DNA of 64,000 bases, taken from assembly GCA_965217865.1 (NCBI GenBank), contig CBDCJO010000002.1, positions 1,408,001 to 1,472,000 of the forward strand, written 5' to 3'. A program made the translations under genes and the position numbers. Within the stretch, counting starts at the first letter, position 1. Every line of letters begins with the position of its first letter. The notes under the pieces were generated by a model. The model did not search any database. It saw only the letters and a program-made list of their open reading frames with translations, and was not told the origin of the DNA. Below are positions 34,416 to 45,626 of this stretch, in pieces. Source of the DNA: Candidatus Latescibacterota bacterium. Lineage in GTDB: Bacteria; Latescibacterota; UBA2968; SICM01.

Positions 34416-36203
34416 TTACCCGTCGGTCGGTCGGGAGAAATAGCGGCCCTCGCCCATGGGAAAACCGTCGTGCGACTTCAACGGGATCTGGCGGAAGTAA
34501 TCGTCGCCCTTGCCTTCCCATCCGGCCAGCTCCTCCTTGTGCCCCAGGCGCTTGACGAACGCCCATTCACTCGCACGGTAATACCGGGTGAACGAATCCC
34601 AGAGCGCAAATCCGTCCGCGCCGGCATCGTAGTAGGTTATCGCTATTTTTCTGTACTGTCGCGGAGGCTGCCGCCGCGGGTAGATGTCGGCCATGATTTT
34701 CGTGCGGGTGCCTTTTGCCGCTTTCGCATATGCCTGGATGACTTCTCGATACGGCGATCCATCGTGCTCCCCGTAGAAGTGCAGGTGCAGCACGAGGTAG
34801 TCCACCAGTCCCTCCTTGATCCACGTGTCGGCGTCCAGGGATGCGTGCAGGGGCTCGTCGAACGGATGCACCCCCATTTCCGGGGAAAACCCGGGCTGCG
34901 CGTTGCCGTACGGCACGAGGTAGCAGTTCGGTATGTAGCGTCCCTGCTTTTGACCCACTTCGTCCAGCATGGTCCGCACCTCCCGTAGAAGCTGCGTCAC
35001 AAAGCCCGCCCGCACCTTCCAGGTCCGCCGGTCGTCCTGCGGTACCTGGGTCATATCCTCCCCATATTCCTCACGGAACCTCTCGCAGACCGGCTGCTCG
35101 TAGTAGGTGAAGGGGTAGGAGCGACCGAACAGCAGGTTGATGCCGTCGGCCTGGTAGTCTTCAGCCCACTCCCGGCACATGCGGACGTAAAAATCCCGCA
35201 CTCCCTCGAACGCGAACGAAAGATGCCGTGTGGGCTTGCCGTCCGGATAGCAAGCCATCCACTCCGGGTGATCGGCCATGAGCTGGCCGCCCTGGTGACG
35301 ACGGATGTGCTGGATGGGATACTGAGGGCCTTCGAATCGACACTGGGGGAAAAGCTTCACGCCGCAGTCGTGCGCGGCCACGATGGCCTGTTTGAGAGGA
35401 TCGATCCCTTTCGCCAACAGCCGCTGGACCGCCTTGCCGATGCCGTACGCGCCGTCGGACTCTGGCACTTCTCCCACCTTCGTGGGATAGAACGCGATGG
35501 GACCATACGCCATCGCGTAGAGGGCGATGTCGAAATCGCTGTCGCGCAGGCACTCGAACTCCGCGATGAAGTCCTCGGGCGTGGATACGTTCCACTGTTG
35601 CAGATTCCAGCCGTCGTAGTTCCCGATCAGTCGTTTCGTGTCTTCCCGCGGCTGCTCCTTTTCGAATTCGGCAAGGGCGGCCGCGTCGAGGGGCACGAGC
35701 CGGACGTATGCGATATTGGCCTCTTGATCCATTGAGGTACCGATGCTGTACGCAACCTCTACCCGCACCTCCTCCTCATCGGGCGTCATAGGCCCGGAGA
35801 TGATCAGGTCCTGACCTTGCAGGTCGGCCACCTTCCAGAACGCCTCGGAGATATGGTCGATCTTGATGACCTTTTCGGGGTAGTTCCCGTCCTTCTCGGG
35901 ACGGAGACCCTCGTTCATGATGCGCGAGAAGGAGGCGTCCGAACTGAGCTTGAGCTGTAGAACGCGGTCGGATACGAACCCGGGCCCCGAACCGTAATGG
36001 ACGCCCACATAGATCGCGTGCGGACCGGTCACGTTCAGGGCCAGGCGAAGCGAAGGCGTTCGCCGTCCGGGGGCCGCGTAGAGCATCACGCCCTCGCCCT
36101 GCTCAATTTCGTAGTCCACGGCGATCCACGTGCCGGGCTGGCCGTCGCTGGTGATCGCCTCCCTCGGGGTGCAGCGTGTCAGGTCGGTTATCCAAGTTTC
36201 CAT
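34416..36203 (-). CDS. glycoside hydrolase-like (GHL10/DUF187-like) TIM-barrel protein
   Basis: DPL..AIVAAH..G, LSFAFEGVR, DGINL, WIKEGLVDYL, YDAGADG motifs; visibly GC-richer than neighbours. Confidence 0.65.
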   Translation of the reverse strand: METWITDLTRCTPREAITSDGQPGTWIAVDYEIEQGEGVMLYAAPGRRTPSLRLALNVTGPHAIYVGVHYGSGPGFVSDRVLQLKLSSDASFSRIMNEGLRPEKDGNYPEKVIKIDHISEAFWKVADLQGQDLIISGPMTPDEEEVRVEVAYSIGTSMDQEANIAYVRLVPLDAAALAEFEKEQPREDTKRLIGNYDGWNLQQWNVSTPEDFIAEFECLRDSDFDIALYAMAYGPIAFYPTKVGEVPESDGAYGIGKAVQRLLAKGIDPLKQAIVAAHDCGVKLFPQCRFEGPQYPIQHIRRHQGGQLMADHPEWMACYPDGKPTRHLSFAFEGVRDFYVRMCREWAEDYQADGINLLFGRSYPFTYYEQPVCERFREEYGEDMTQVPQDDRRTWKVRAGFVTQLLREVRTMLDEVGQKQGRYIPNCYLVPYGNAQPGFSPEMGVHPFDEPLHASLDADTWIKEGLVDYLVLHLHFYGEHDGSPYREVIQAYAKAAKGTRTKIMADIYPRRQPPRQYRKIAITYYDAGADGFALWDSFTRYYRASEWAFVKRLGHKEELAGWEGKGDDYFRQIPLKSHDGFPMGEGRYFSRPTDG

Positions 36204-36356
36204 GTGTGTCTCTCCTGAGGATTAGCGGAGGTGGGGATGCGCCGAAGCTGGCCAACCCCGTGTCGTATGCGCAGCCTGGATTGCTCTTCTGACCAGACGA
36301 ATTCGTTTCGTGATACGACCAACATTTTTCGGATCCAGTAAAATTTCTCGAGATGA

Positions 36357-37795
36357 TCAAACAAGCTTTTGAATTAAATTGGACACTTGCTCGACCACCT
36401 TTTGCTCAGTTTCTGGAAGGAAGGCCACCGGTAAGGTATAGGCTTGAGCCATCAAGTCAGGTAAGGCGTAGCGTTCGTTTATTTTCCACCCACCAGCCGG
36501 ATAATCTTCGGCACGGGGCAGGTAGGCGACGCAACCATTGGAATACCCCAAGAATTGGGTATGCTTGAAGGCCGATTTGGTTTTGATGGCCAGCCCCGTT
36601 TGAAAGAACGCCTCTAGGCTGATGCTAGACAGGACAATATCGTTGATCCGAATAGCCTGGATGACGGCATCCAGCGGCGGATTTCCCTGCTGCACGGCTA
36701 CAACCAGCTTGTCCGCCCAGTCGGCGAAGCGCATGGCCACGCTAATTTCCCAATCTCTGGCATCATTGGCCCGGTCATCGGCCAGCTTTTGCTTCCACTC
36801 TTGTTGAACAGCCTCCGCCTCTGCCAGCGAGGGCAGATCCATAAATTCCAGCTTGATTGTTTCATCAATAGCGCCCAGATAGGTTGCGGTATCGCCCTCT
36901 ATTGGATCCCAGGGCCAGAACAAGATATTGGGAATGGCGCCCATCGGCTTTCTTTCCTTCCCACGCTGGACATTGGTTCGGATATTGGCCGCCACTTTGA
37001 CTACTTCACCACCCAGAATCAAACCCGTCCGATTTTTCGTGTCACGACAATCCACCTCGTAGCCGATGCCGTGGATAGGATTGACATTACCGCCACAAGC
37101 CTGCAAGAATATGGCCAACCCGCCAAAAGTATTTTCGGCCAACTCGCGAGCCGGACCTGGAAAGTCAGATGAGATCACCGTTGAGCGAGGTCCCATTGTT
37201 ACCGTGTGGCAGCCATAACTGAACAAGATAGCGATGGCCTGACCCTCTAAATCGTCAACGCGGATAACACCCACAGCCGTATCGATTGGTACATTGGGAT
37301 CTTCGCCCAGGACATCACGGCCATCGCCGCGGGGCTCACGCCGATAAATACCGATATGGGCCTCGCCCCAATCCGCGCCGGCTGTAGATGTTGGTTCGCC
37401 TCAACGGCTGCCTCCACAAGCCAACCGATCAGCTTATTTTTATAAGCATATTGGATTCTCAAATTCTCCTGCGAATCCGGACCGAAATCAGGCAAAGACG
37501 GACCACTATGGGTGTGGCTACAATTTATTAAGACGCAGGATGCTGGGGTACCCACTGCCTCCCCGATCCGGCGCCGGACTTCGTGCGCAACCGGCATATA
37601 AAGGTGGAGTATATCTATGCCGATGATGACCACTTTGCAGGTCTGATTGGAAAGGACGACCGCCGTCGCGGTCAGGTCTGTTTCAAGGGCCTGAAGCGGG
37701 TCGGCAAACAATCGGATACCCGGTCGTTTGATGCCCAAAGGCGGGTTAATAATCTTTCGGGCGGCGCCTGCGTATAGTGTGTTTGACATACTCAT
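36357..37795 (-). pseudogene. neutral/alkaline ceramidase-like protein, frameshift near 37365
   Basis: SHTHSGP, YGCHTV, SSDFPG, FLQACGGNVNP, GYSNG..AYLP motifs over two frames. Confidence 0.75.
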
Positions 37796-37821
37796 CTTTT
37801 ATTCTGGAAGTATACTGCAGT

Positions 37822-38460
37822 TTAGCTCTTTTCCGATACGATGTTTGAGTAGAGCAAAGTGGGCGGTTCTTCCTTGACTATTATCTCCAGTAAGTCAAAT
37901 GTTTCGCAGAACTGCCGCAATTTTTGTTCGCAATGAGCGGCCTCTTCTCGCGTTTCTGCGGTCTTTTCTACTTCTACCAATAAGGGCCATTTCAAGTCCG
38001 CACTATGCATGAGTTTGACATCGAGTCCCAACGGTTCAAAAAATCCAACATAGTTGTTGCCAGTAAATGACATGAACCGTTCATACCCCAGTAAACCCAG
38101 CTTTAAATCGAGATCTTGAGGTGACCTAATATCCTTCTCGCCATTGAGAAACTGCAGAATTTGGCTCTCAATGATGCCGTTGGTTACCTCCTCGCCGATT
38201 TCCTGGCGAATATTAGCGAATTCACCCTGGTCAGGTCCTTTCCAGGCAAAGAACCATCTTATTTTCTCATCCAATACAACTTTGCTGAGCCTGAGAAGTT
38301 CTCCTGATTTGAAAAGTTCCTGCCCATAAATCGTGGTCTGCCATTTGCCGTCATGCTGCAAAATTGAACGCAGAAACGGCAATACTCGGTATACTTCTTG
38401 GTGGTTTTGGAAACGAAATCTGATTTCCACTTCGTATGAGATATTTGGAACAGTCGTCAA
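37822..38460 (-). CDS. CYTH-like hypothetical protein
   Basis: N-terminal EVEIR and later VEVEK motifs. Confidence 0.5.
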   Translation of the reverse strand: MTTVPNISYEVEIRFRFQNHQEVYRVLPFLRSILQHDGKWQTTIYGQELFKSGELLRLSKVVLDEKIRWFFAWKGPDQGEFANIRQEIGEEVTNGIIESQILQFLNGEKDIRSPQDLDLKLGLLGYERFMSFTGNNYVGFFEPLGLDVKLMHSADLKWPLLVEVEKTAETREEAAHCEQKLRQFCETFDLLEIIVKEEPPTLLYSNIVSEKS

Positions 38461-38514
38461 GATCTTAAATTCCTGATGAAGTCGAAGCTGATTTCTCTAC
38501 GCCATTCGACACAC

Positions 38515-38907
38515 TCACAGCTGCCGTTGACCGAGGCAATAGCACAACCCATCCGGTGCCACAACGAAGAACACGCGGAAGGATACATCGCCGTGTTTGT
38601 CGATCCGAAAATTGGGGTCATCATGTTCCAGTCCATTGTTCTTCAATTCGTTGAAGGCGGCTTCGACATCATCCACTTCGAAAAAACAACCTTCCTGGGT
38701 CGGATCGCCTCCATTTTCTGCCAGGCCCATCCGGATGTCGTCTCTTGCGAGAACAGCGGATTTACAAGGCGAATCCTGCCGGGATGTGACCTGAAATCCC
38801 ATGATTGTTTCATAAAAAGGGATGGCTTCATCCAGTTTCTCAACCGGCAGGTTCATGGCGTCTTTGAGATATGGCGAAGCAGTTTTGAATACAGCTTTAG
38901 TTTCCAT
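38515..38907 (-). CDS. VOC/glyoxalase family protein
   Basis: LPVEKLDEAIPFY..IMGF, FEVDDV, APDGLCY. Confidence 0.85.
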   Translation of the reverse strand: METKAVFKTASPYLKDAMNLPVEKLDEAIPFYETIMGFQVTSRQDSPCKSAVLARDDIRMGLAENGGDPTQEGCFFEVDDVEAAFNELKNNGLEHDDPNFRIDKHGDVSFRVFFVVAPDGLCYCLGQRQL

Positions 38908-38981
38908 GCTTTTCTCCGTTAATTTTTATCGATTATATTACATATTGAAGATATCGTTTGCCCCGAATTGGGTAGACCAAC

Positions 38982-39345
38982 TCACGGCTGTTGTCGGAGT
39001 TCAAATCCATTACCTTCGCAATCCTTAAAAGTGGCGACCCTTACGGGTACGCCGCCTCTGGGTTCGCGTAGTTCGATCAAGCGCCCTCCAAGACTCTCTA
39101 TATCGGCCTGAATCTCTTCAATGTTGTCTACTTCAAGATTCAGCCCTGCGTGAGGCAAAGGGCCGGCCCTCCGGTTCACTCGAGTGCGAAAGAATGTGCA
39201 GCGCTAATTCGATGGGGCCGAAATCCAGAGTCGTCCAGCCGGGAGACTCGAACGAAAGCTTGGCGTCGAACGCCCTCGTGTAGAAGTTCTTCGCGCGATC
39301 CATGTCGTGCACGTAGTGGATCACGATCGGATTCTTTGCCTTCAT
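38982..39345 (-). pseudogene. VOC family protein, frameshift near 39170
   Basis: YVHDMDRAKNFY and FKDCEGNGFEL in different frames. Confidence 0.8.
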
Positions 39346-39373
39346 GTGACCTCTGCCAGGATGAAAGTGGAAG

Positions 39374-39865
39374 TCATGAGAGATTGAGCGCTCGATCAAC
39401 CACACCTCCAAGGTGTCTTAGTTTTTTGTATACAGGCTGCAGTACTGCCGCGATTTTGAGATCTTCAAACGGTGTATGACATTTGATTGGTTGAAATGAT
39501 TTCGGTGAAAGTGCGTACCCATCCCATTCCTTCATCTTAGAAGCCCCGAATTCAATTAATTGGCGATTTACATCGGTTCTACGAACTCCAAAGGAATCAA
39601 GCGAGGTTTCTATATGAAACGCAGTCGAAACAGAGCCCCTTTCTATGTCGGCGTTGCCGATCCAGGATTCGAAATGGATCAATTCGTGCCAGTTCTTCTT
39701 GTACATGAGCAAAAAAACGCCGCGAATTTTCGGCTTCCCATAGAAGTCTGCGTTGATTGACCAATCGGATGCCCACTTTTGCCGATTGAGTTCTGCGACC
39801 ACTTTTTTCAGCTCATCAAGGTAAGGCTTAAACTTGACTCGGTTGTCGGAATCTTTCTTGGCCAT
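39374..39865 (-). CDS. hypothetical protein
   Basis: 163 aa ORF with GGAGGAG RBS. Confidence 0.65.
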   Translation of the reverse strand: MAKKDSDNRVKFKPYLDELKKVVAELNRQKWASDWSINADFYGKPKIRGVFLLMYKKNWHELIHFESWIGNADIERGSVSTAFHIETSLDSFGVRRTDVNRQLIEFGASKMKEWDGYALSPKSFQPIKCHTPFEDLKIAAVLQPVYKKLRHLGGVVDRALNLS

Positions 39866-40020
39866 ATGCTCCTCCGAAATACGTGGGTGAGTTTACACCC
39901 GCATAATTCAATGCCGTGCACCCAGCCCGCGGGTTCAGAAATCTGCTGTCGTCGCTGTCTGGATACCACCTCCGGCCTTACCAAGGACGGCTAGGCCGCG
40001 AATCGCTGGATGTGAATCAG

Positions 40021-40055
40021 AAAATGCCCGCCAAATAAGCGATCTGGCAGGCATC
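40021..40055 (-). terminator. putative intrinsic terminator after hicA
   Basis: ATGCCTGCCA/TGGCGGGCAT stem followed by TTT on the - strand. Confidence 0.5.
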
Positions 40056-40085
40056 TTCTCTTTGGAAGTCCTCTTGACATTCAGG

Positions 40086-40273
40086 TCATCTGGTAGGCGG
40101 AATGCCTAAGTCTTTACAAATCTTCCTAGCAAGATCGTTATCAATCTCGTTATGTCGGGGAACCGCCGATCTCTTGTTTTGGACTGGATTCCACCACCAC
40201 GAGTGCCTACCACCTTCTCGAACAAACTCACACCCCTGATCGCTTAATATCGAAGCAAATCTCCGCGCTTCAT
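40086..40273 (-). pseudogene. hicA: HicA toxin, frameshifted after codon 9
   Basis: MKRGDLLRY then stop; shifted frame gives GCEFVREGGRHSWW...VPRHNEI. Confidence 0.8.
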
Positions 40274-40482
40274 ATGTTGATGGATTCTTCGATATAATCA
40301 TCGCCTGCAGCCTCAAGTGCTTCACGGCGGTTCCACTCAAGAGCCTCACGAAGTGAGATACGCAAGGTCTCCAAAAGCTCCTCTTTAGTCGCTTCCTGGC
40401 AATTAATGCCTTGAACTTCCTCAATCCAGCCAATCCACCAATCACCCGATTTCTTGGTCACAGCCGTGTAAGCCTCTTGCAT
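40270..40482 (-). CDS. hicB: HicB antitoxin
   Basis: WWIGWIEEVQGINCQEATKEEL; ATGA overlap with hicA. Confidence 0.85.
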   Translation of the reverse strand: MQEAYTAVTKKSGDWWIGWIEEVQGINCQEATKEELLETLRISLREALEWNRREALEAAGDDYIEESINI

Positions 40483-40620
40483 TTCTATCTCCTCTCTCAA
40501 TCACAATATAGACAACTTTTGCTGGTGTAAAATGTACCCTCATCCACATGGCTTGTCAATAGATCATCTACGGCTGTGTACGATGCCCCGCCGACCGAGA
40601 TGACGATGAGCCGAGGAGGT

Positions 40621-41209
40621 TTAGCGACTCCTCATGAACGCGAGTCCCCGCCTGATCCGATCGTCCGGATCGTCGCCGCCCGGAAACTCGAAGCAGTAGA
40701 TAATCCTCTGAGGCAGCGCGTCGAGCGCCGCGAAAATCTCCGTCATCGGCAGGTCGCCTTCACCGGGCACGCTGGTGCCGCCCTCGCTCGGATCCTTGAC
40801 GTGCACGTATGCAGCGCGATCCCCGATGGCATCGATCGCCTCCAGCAGATCCTGATTCCAACCCGCGTAATTCCCGGTGTCGATGTTGGTCTTGAGCGTT
40901 GGCACCGGAAAATGGTCCAGGACCGCCTGAATCTCAGCCAGCGTTCCTCCGGGCTCGTTCGCATAGTTTTCGAGAGCGATAAGTATGCCCTTCGTCTCGG
41001 CGCGATCGATCACGGCTTTCGCATTTTCCCACGCCGGGTCGTTCGCATCTTCGGGCACGGGTCCGCTGAAGATACGAAGGAACGGCGATCCGATCTCTGC
41101 GGCCGTATCGACGTCGGCCAGCAGGAGATCGTAGTCCTCCCCCTCGCAGACGCCGCAATTCAACACCATCGACGCCGAGCTCGCCTGCCTTTTCAACCAG
41201 TTCCATCAC
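40621..41209 (-). pseudogene. sugar phosphate isomerase/epimerase fragment
   Basis: GVDGVEL in one frame; ALEN, DTGN, HVKD in another. Confidence 0.7.
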
Positions 41210-41346
41210 GGTCAGTTTTTTAGACTCTATTGCGTCCGTGTTAGCGATTTGTCAGCGAGCCAGCATCAATTCGATTTCGACGAGGCACTCATGCGAGCCT
41301 GTAGCAGTTTCAGACGTTGGGTTAAAATAGAGAAATATCGAAACCT

Positions 41347-42144
41347 TTACGATTCCTTTATCGCTTCAACCTCAAGCCTTACCATCTGAACATGCGCTAG
41401 CCCATCTTTATCAACAGGATAACAATCCAGATATCGGTCTATCAGTTGTGTAGTGAAGCTGCTTCGCTCAGAGTCAGGAACCCTTTGTGTATAAGGAATC
41501 CAAGTCGTACGAAACCAGGCTTCAAGTCCCTCACGTCCCAGATGAGTCATGTCCTTCGGGATCAATTCTACACGTACAGGCTTCAAACCTAAATCAGCCA
41601 ACCAGGATTGATAATCCTCCGCATCATAAAATCCATACGGGAAAGTGAAATCAACAAAATAGTCACACCATTGGCTCAATGCCATCATTTCTTCGAGTAC
41701 GCTGATAATCCCAGCACCATTCCCTTTCCCTCCCATCTGAAGGAGAATACAACCACCTGGACGAAGGCTTTGTGCAATCCCTTTCAACACGGGTTGATGA
41801 TCAAGAATCCAGTGCATTGTGGCATTTGAGAAAACAACATCAAATGTATTCTCAAACGGCAGACTGCGTGCATCGGCTTGGAGAAATTGGAGGTTTGCAA
41901 ACTGGTTCTTCGAATACCGAGTTCGAGCCAGAGTTATCATTTCTTCGGAACTATCTATTCCAACCGCCAAACCTCCGTTCAAAATCTCAGCAATCTCTGC
42001 GGTTACTTTTCCATCCCCACTTCCAATATCCAAAAGATGTTCCACGCCTTTAAGGTTGAGCTTGGCGATCAATTCCTTTGCCCATTTGTGCTGTGCAGAA
42101 GAACTCCTTTCATAGTCAGCGGCATCCCAGGCATATGACTTCAT
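41347..42144 (-). CDS. Tam-like class I SAM methyltransferase
   Basis: LLDIGSGDG, FDVVFSNATMHW, LRPGG. Confidence 0.9.
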   Translation of the reverse strand: MKSYAWDAADYERSSSAQHKWAKELIAKLNLKGVEHLLDIGSGDGKVTAEIAEILNGGLAVGIDSSEEMITLARTRYSKNQFANLQFLQADARSLPFENTFDVVFSNATMHWILDHQPVLKGIAQSLRPGGCILLQMGGKGNGAGIISVLEEMMALSQWCDYFVDFTFPYGFYDAEDYQSWLADLGLKPVRVELIPKDMTHLGREGLEAWFRTTWIPYTQRVPDSERSSFTTQLIDRYLDCYPVDKDGLAHVQMVRLEVEAIKES

Positions 42145-42148
42145 TCAC

Positions 42149-42754
42149 TCACCCTTTTTCGATCTGTTCGCTTTCGCCTTTCAATCTCTCCAGCACGACT
42201 TTCCCACGAGGTGAGAGCCGATAGCCCGTTTCGAGACTCTCTGTCAAACCCAGGTTCTTCAGCTTTCGAACGTTTTGCTTGAACTTCACCTTCTGCTGGT
42301 CGACTATTGGTGCAAGATCCCCGGCTCGAACGGCCGCGTTGATGCCGATCAGTTCTAATACTTTCTTAGTCCACGGACCTGCCCGACTGGCCTTGTCCAG
42401 GCGTTTCAGTCGCCGCTCCACATCCTGCCACTCGTGCGCGGTCAACTCTCTCCGCTGCCGGAGTTCGATCCGTGGATCCGGGCCCGCCACTCGAAACCGA
42501 ATGCGGAACAATTTCCCTTCAAGTCGTTCGCTCAGTTCCTCCAACACTTTGTCCACACTGTCGTACCCGGCCTCGATGGCCTCCGCTTCCGTGATCTCGT
42601 CCTCTTTCACGACTTCCACGGAATCGATACTGAGCAAACCGACTGCGGTCTTCAGGAATCCTCCTCGCTTTACCGACGGCCGATTCCACTTTCGGAACGC
42701 CAATGTGATTTTACCATGTTCAATTCGATCCAGCACTTCCTTTCTAAACAGCAT
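42149..42754 (-). CDS. ASCH-like domain protein
   Basis: GKITLAFRKW...VKRGG and FKQNVRKLKNLGLTESL. Confidence 0.6.
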   Translation of the reverse strand: MLFRKEVLDRIEHGKITLAFRKWNRPSVKRGGFLKTAVGLLSIDSVEVVKEDEITEAEAIEAGYDSVDKVLEELSERLEGKLFRIRFRVAGPDPRIELRQRRELTAHEWQDVERRLKRLDKASRAGPWTKKVLELIGINAAVRAGDLAPIVDQQKVKFKQNVRKLKNLGLTESLETGYRLSPRGKVVLERLKGESEQIEKG

Positions 42755-42790
42755 TACCAGACACCTCCCGCTTTCTCTCCATCAACCAGA

Positions 42791-43303
42791 TTATCTTGCT
42801 ACCTCCATCGCTTTGAGTTTGGGGCGCAGAAAGGTGTGAGCCGTCCGGTACTGCCGGGACGTGTTGAGCGCAATTAACTGACAAACAGGATGTTTGCCAG
42901 TCCACTCAAACACACCCGGGGTGCATAATTCGCGATCACTCAACTCGCCAATGAGGCGCAGCACGTCTTGATAGGCTTTATCGAGGCGTTGTTTGACACT
43001 GCGGTACGACTCTCGCCGGGCGCGCCGAGCAGTAGCGGCATTTAGTTTCGGAGTTTCGTTCCACTTGAAGCCCGGAGCAGGCAGATCCAACTCCCCGCCA
43101 TCCCGTGCGGTGCGGACCCAGCCGATGACGGCTTCGCTCCACCAACAGCGCACGGCAAGCAATTCTTTAACAGTCCAGTCGTCGACACAGACAACGCTTC
43201 CAAGTCGCGGGCCGCCGCGGACGAGTTCCGACTGTAACTCGGCGTATGTAGACGTCACGGCGTCAATGAGTTGCTTGCGTGTGCGAGGAACGGTAGATGC
43301 CAT
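42791..43303 (-). CDS. ClbS/DfsB (DinB-like) four-helix-bundle protein
   Basis: WTVKELLA, PAPGFKWNE, NTSRQY. Confidence 0.75.
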   Translation of the reverse strand: MASTVPRTRKQLIDAVTSTYAELQSELVRGGPRLGSVVCVDDWTVKELLAVRCWWSEAVIGWVRTARDGGELDLPAPGFKWNETPKLNAATARRARRESYRSVKQRLDKAYQDVLRLIGELSDRELCTPGVFEWTGKHPVCQLIALNTSRQYRTAHTFLRPKLKAMEVAR

Positions 43304-43325
43304 GCCCGATTCTCCTGAAGTGAAC

Positions 43326-44152
43326 TTAATTTTCCACAAGGGAATAATGGAAAAGTGAGTAATCCAATACCCGGCTCAATTCTAGGCTCTCTGCCAGCGC
43401 CCGAGATGCCACGTTCTCTTCCATACATCCCCAGTGTGGCTCCAGTCCGCTCTCTATGCAGTGCGTGAGAAACGCGTGTGCAACGTGAAAGCCTATACCA
43501 CACCTTCGATACGGCTTCAGTGTCTCGATGTCGATCACGTGGACTCCGTCCGTGGTGAACCCCGTTAGGCAGATGGAAGCCAGAGCTGAATCCTGCGCCG
43601 CACAGAACCCTATACCAGCGCCCAGAAACGAATCTAGATTTGCCCAGAAATGGTGGATCTTTTCCTGGATGTAAGAGATACCTTCGCAGGGCGTGTTGGA
43701 GAAGAAAGTTCGGTCCAGTGAGTGGAGCGCCACGTCGACAGGAAGGGCCGGCGCACGCGGAACTGAGGGCTTCTTGAATCGGTAAATCAAGCCTGTCTCT
43801 CTTCCAAGCCCTCGGCCACAAAGGGCATGCTCTATGATGCATCCCATTCGGGTGTACAGCCTGATACTTCGAACGAATCCCGACCCATTGCTCGAGCTCG
43901 TGGGGCGATCACTTCGCGTACGGCACGATCCAACCACTCGACAAATTTACCCTGGTTCGGGGATCCTGCCAGATAATATCCTTCGGCACCTTTCGACCAG
44001 ATCAGGGCCATCTGAGGAGCCTCGTAGGAGTCCACGAATATCCATCCAGGGGAGGTACCGGCCGCTATTGACTTGGCCTCCACACCTAAGAGTGGATGCA
44101 CGAGGAGAGGGATGACTCGTGAGAAATCTTCCGAAGAGAGTTCAATCACCAT
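43326..44152 (-). pseudogene. GNAT acetyltransferase, frameshift near 43840
   Basis: IDIET..YRRCGIG, PHWGC..NVASRALAESL. Confidence 0.75.
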
Positions 44153-44177
44153 CCGGCTTAGGTAAGTGTGGCATTTT

Positions 44178-44302
44178 AGATAACGCTCGGGGGTTGCAGA
44201 AGTGATCGTGAATAACTAAAAGATATGGAATTGGTGGAATTGGGAAAAGAAAAACCCACGGGATGGTTGGTTCCGGTGGGGGACTGCAACCCGGTGTTAA
44301 GC
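44178..44302 (-). repeat. attC-like site (best preserved)
   Basis: - strand GCTTAAC-ACC-GGGTTGCAG...CTGCAACCC-CCGAGC-GTTATCT, 125 bp; GNAT start 25 bp downstream. Confidence 0.75.
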
Positions 44303-44445
44303 GCCGTGCCGGTCCCAAAAGGGAAGACCAGACGTGGCGACAAACATAAACGGCTCCCGTAACAATAATATTACCCCAGGAGGAAACAAAGGGCAAATAC
44401 TGTTTCAGGAGCCGTCTGTAGCCAGGTGTTGAAACAGGTGGATGG

Positions 44446-44706
44446 CTAGTTCTTGGGGATCTCACTCATTAGCGCTAGAACGTTTTTGTCAACAGCCCTG
44501 AAAAAAGCCATCCAAAGCTCGTGGTCGGACATATCTGCGATCTTGTGGGGTTCGGAATCAAAGGGGACACCCCGATCTTTGAGAATCCTATATGCACCTT
44601 CGATGTCCTCCACCTTGAAGTAAATGGTGGAGCTTGGATGGTCGAGCTCAGGGGTCTCCGGCAATGAGAGCAAAATCCTGATGCCACCGCAGTCAAAGAA
44701 GGCCAT
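44446..44706 (-). pseudogene. VOC family protein, 5'-truncated
   Basis: AFFDCGGIRILL, IYFKVEDI, LWMAFFR; first beta-alpha unit missing. Confidence 0.7.
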
Positions 44707-44898
44707 GTGGTTTACCCTGCCTCCCAGTAGTGAAGGGTGCTTTTTTTGTGATGAACATGGTTGGATGGTCCAAAGGGATAGGTATTCATGGGATTGCTTT
44801 TTAAGCCAGCTTTTTAAGGTGTCATTCGTGGTCCTTCAGGCAGAAGTCATTTACAGGTCATTCGACAATCAAACCGGCTATGTGCTTTTTGTTGTCCT

Positions 44899-44979
44899 CA
44901 CAATTTCCGCCAGCCCGAAGGGTTGTGGTTCCAGGCCAAGTGGCGTATGCCAGCGCAGCGGGAATTGTTGTGGTTATGT
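44899..44979 (-). repeat. degenerate attC-like site (R'' half retained)
   Basis: - strand ACATAAC-CAC-AACAATTCCCGC...GCGGAAATTGTG; homologous to 8360-8428. Confidence 0.55.
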
Positions 44980-45080
44980 ATAGTTGTACACCAACCTATC
45001 GGAGAGATCGAGTACCCTGGCTCCAAGACGCCTTGTTCTACAGCGTTAGCATGCTGTGACGTGTTTCCACAAGTCTTTAG

Positions 45081-45536
45081 CTAAGAGATTTGACTCGCCA
45101 AAGGGTGACTTTCAAGACTCTCTTTCATCTCCTGATTCACGGCATAGGAGGGCATCTCAAGTTTGATTTGCCTTCTCTCCGAGTCTTTGAGGGAGATTAC
45201 CACAGCATTTGGCTGTAGATCGATTGACGAGATCTCCTTCCATTCCGTTAATCGGGTTCTCTGGAGAGGACCTGGCTTGATCTCAATACCTTTATCGTCG
45301 ATCGTGACGCGGGGCCTTCTACTTGGAGAAGCGAGAGCTGTCACGGCTAGGACCAAAACAAAAGCCGTCAAAGCGGCAAGGATCAATATTACTATAGAAA
45401 AAGTCTTATGTTCAGGCACGGAAAGCCCCTTCACGCCCTGTAACACAATTAGAGTTAGGTATGCCATGTGGAAGAACCAGAACAACTTGCTTCTCCTAAA
45501 GTCGCTCTTGTCTAGAAAGATGGTCTTGGCCTCCAT
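45081..45536 (-). CDS. membrane protein (2 TM plus PH-like tail)
   Basis: Two hydrophobic segments then VTIDDKGIEI...WKEISSI; GGAGG RBS. Confidence 0.65.
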   Translation of the reverse strand: MEAKTIFLDKSDFRRSKLFWFFHMAYLTLIVLQGVKGLSVPEHKTFSIVILILAALTAFVLVLAVTALASPSRRPRVTIDDKGIEIKPGPLQRTRLTEWKEISSIDLQPNAVVISLKDSERRQIKLEMPSYAVNQEMKESLESHPLASQIS

Positions 45537-45626
45537 CTCTGCCTCCAGATTTGGATTTTTACACCGCATGCCAATGCCGTAAACGGCTTGCAGCGAATGT
45601 GCGAATGCACATAGATGAGCACCACA

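Noticed and set aside
16686-45620. TAGATGA / TAGAT-n-ATCTA at several junctions (16688, 17998, 28590, 40560, 45612) as a novel recombination site
   Set aside because: It also occurs inside genes and is absent from most junctions; on the - strand it reads TCATCTA and can be explained as an attC inner-box remnant or chance.
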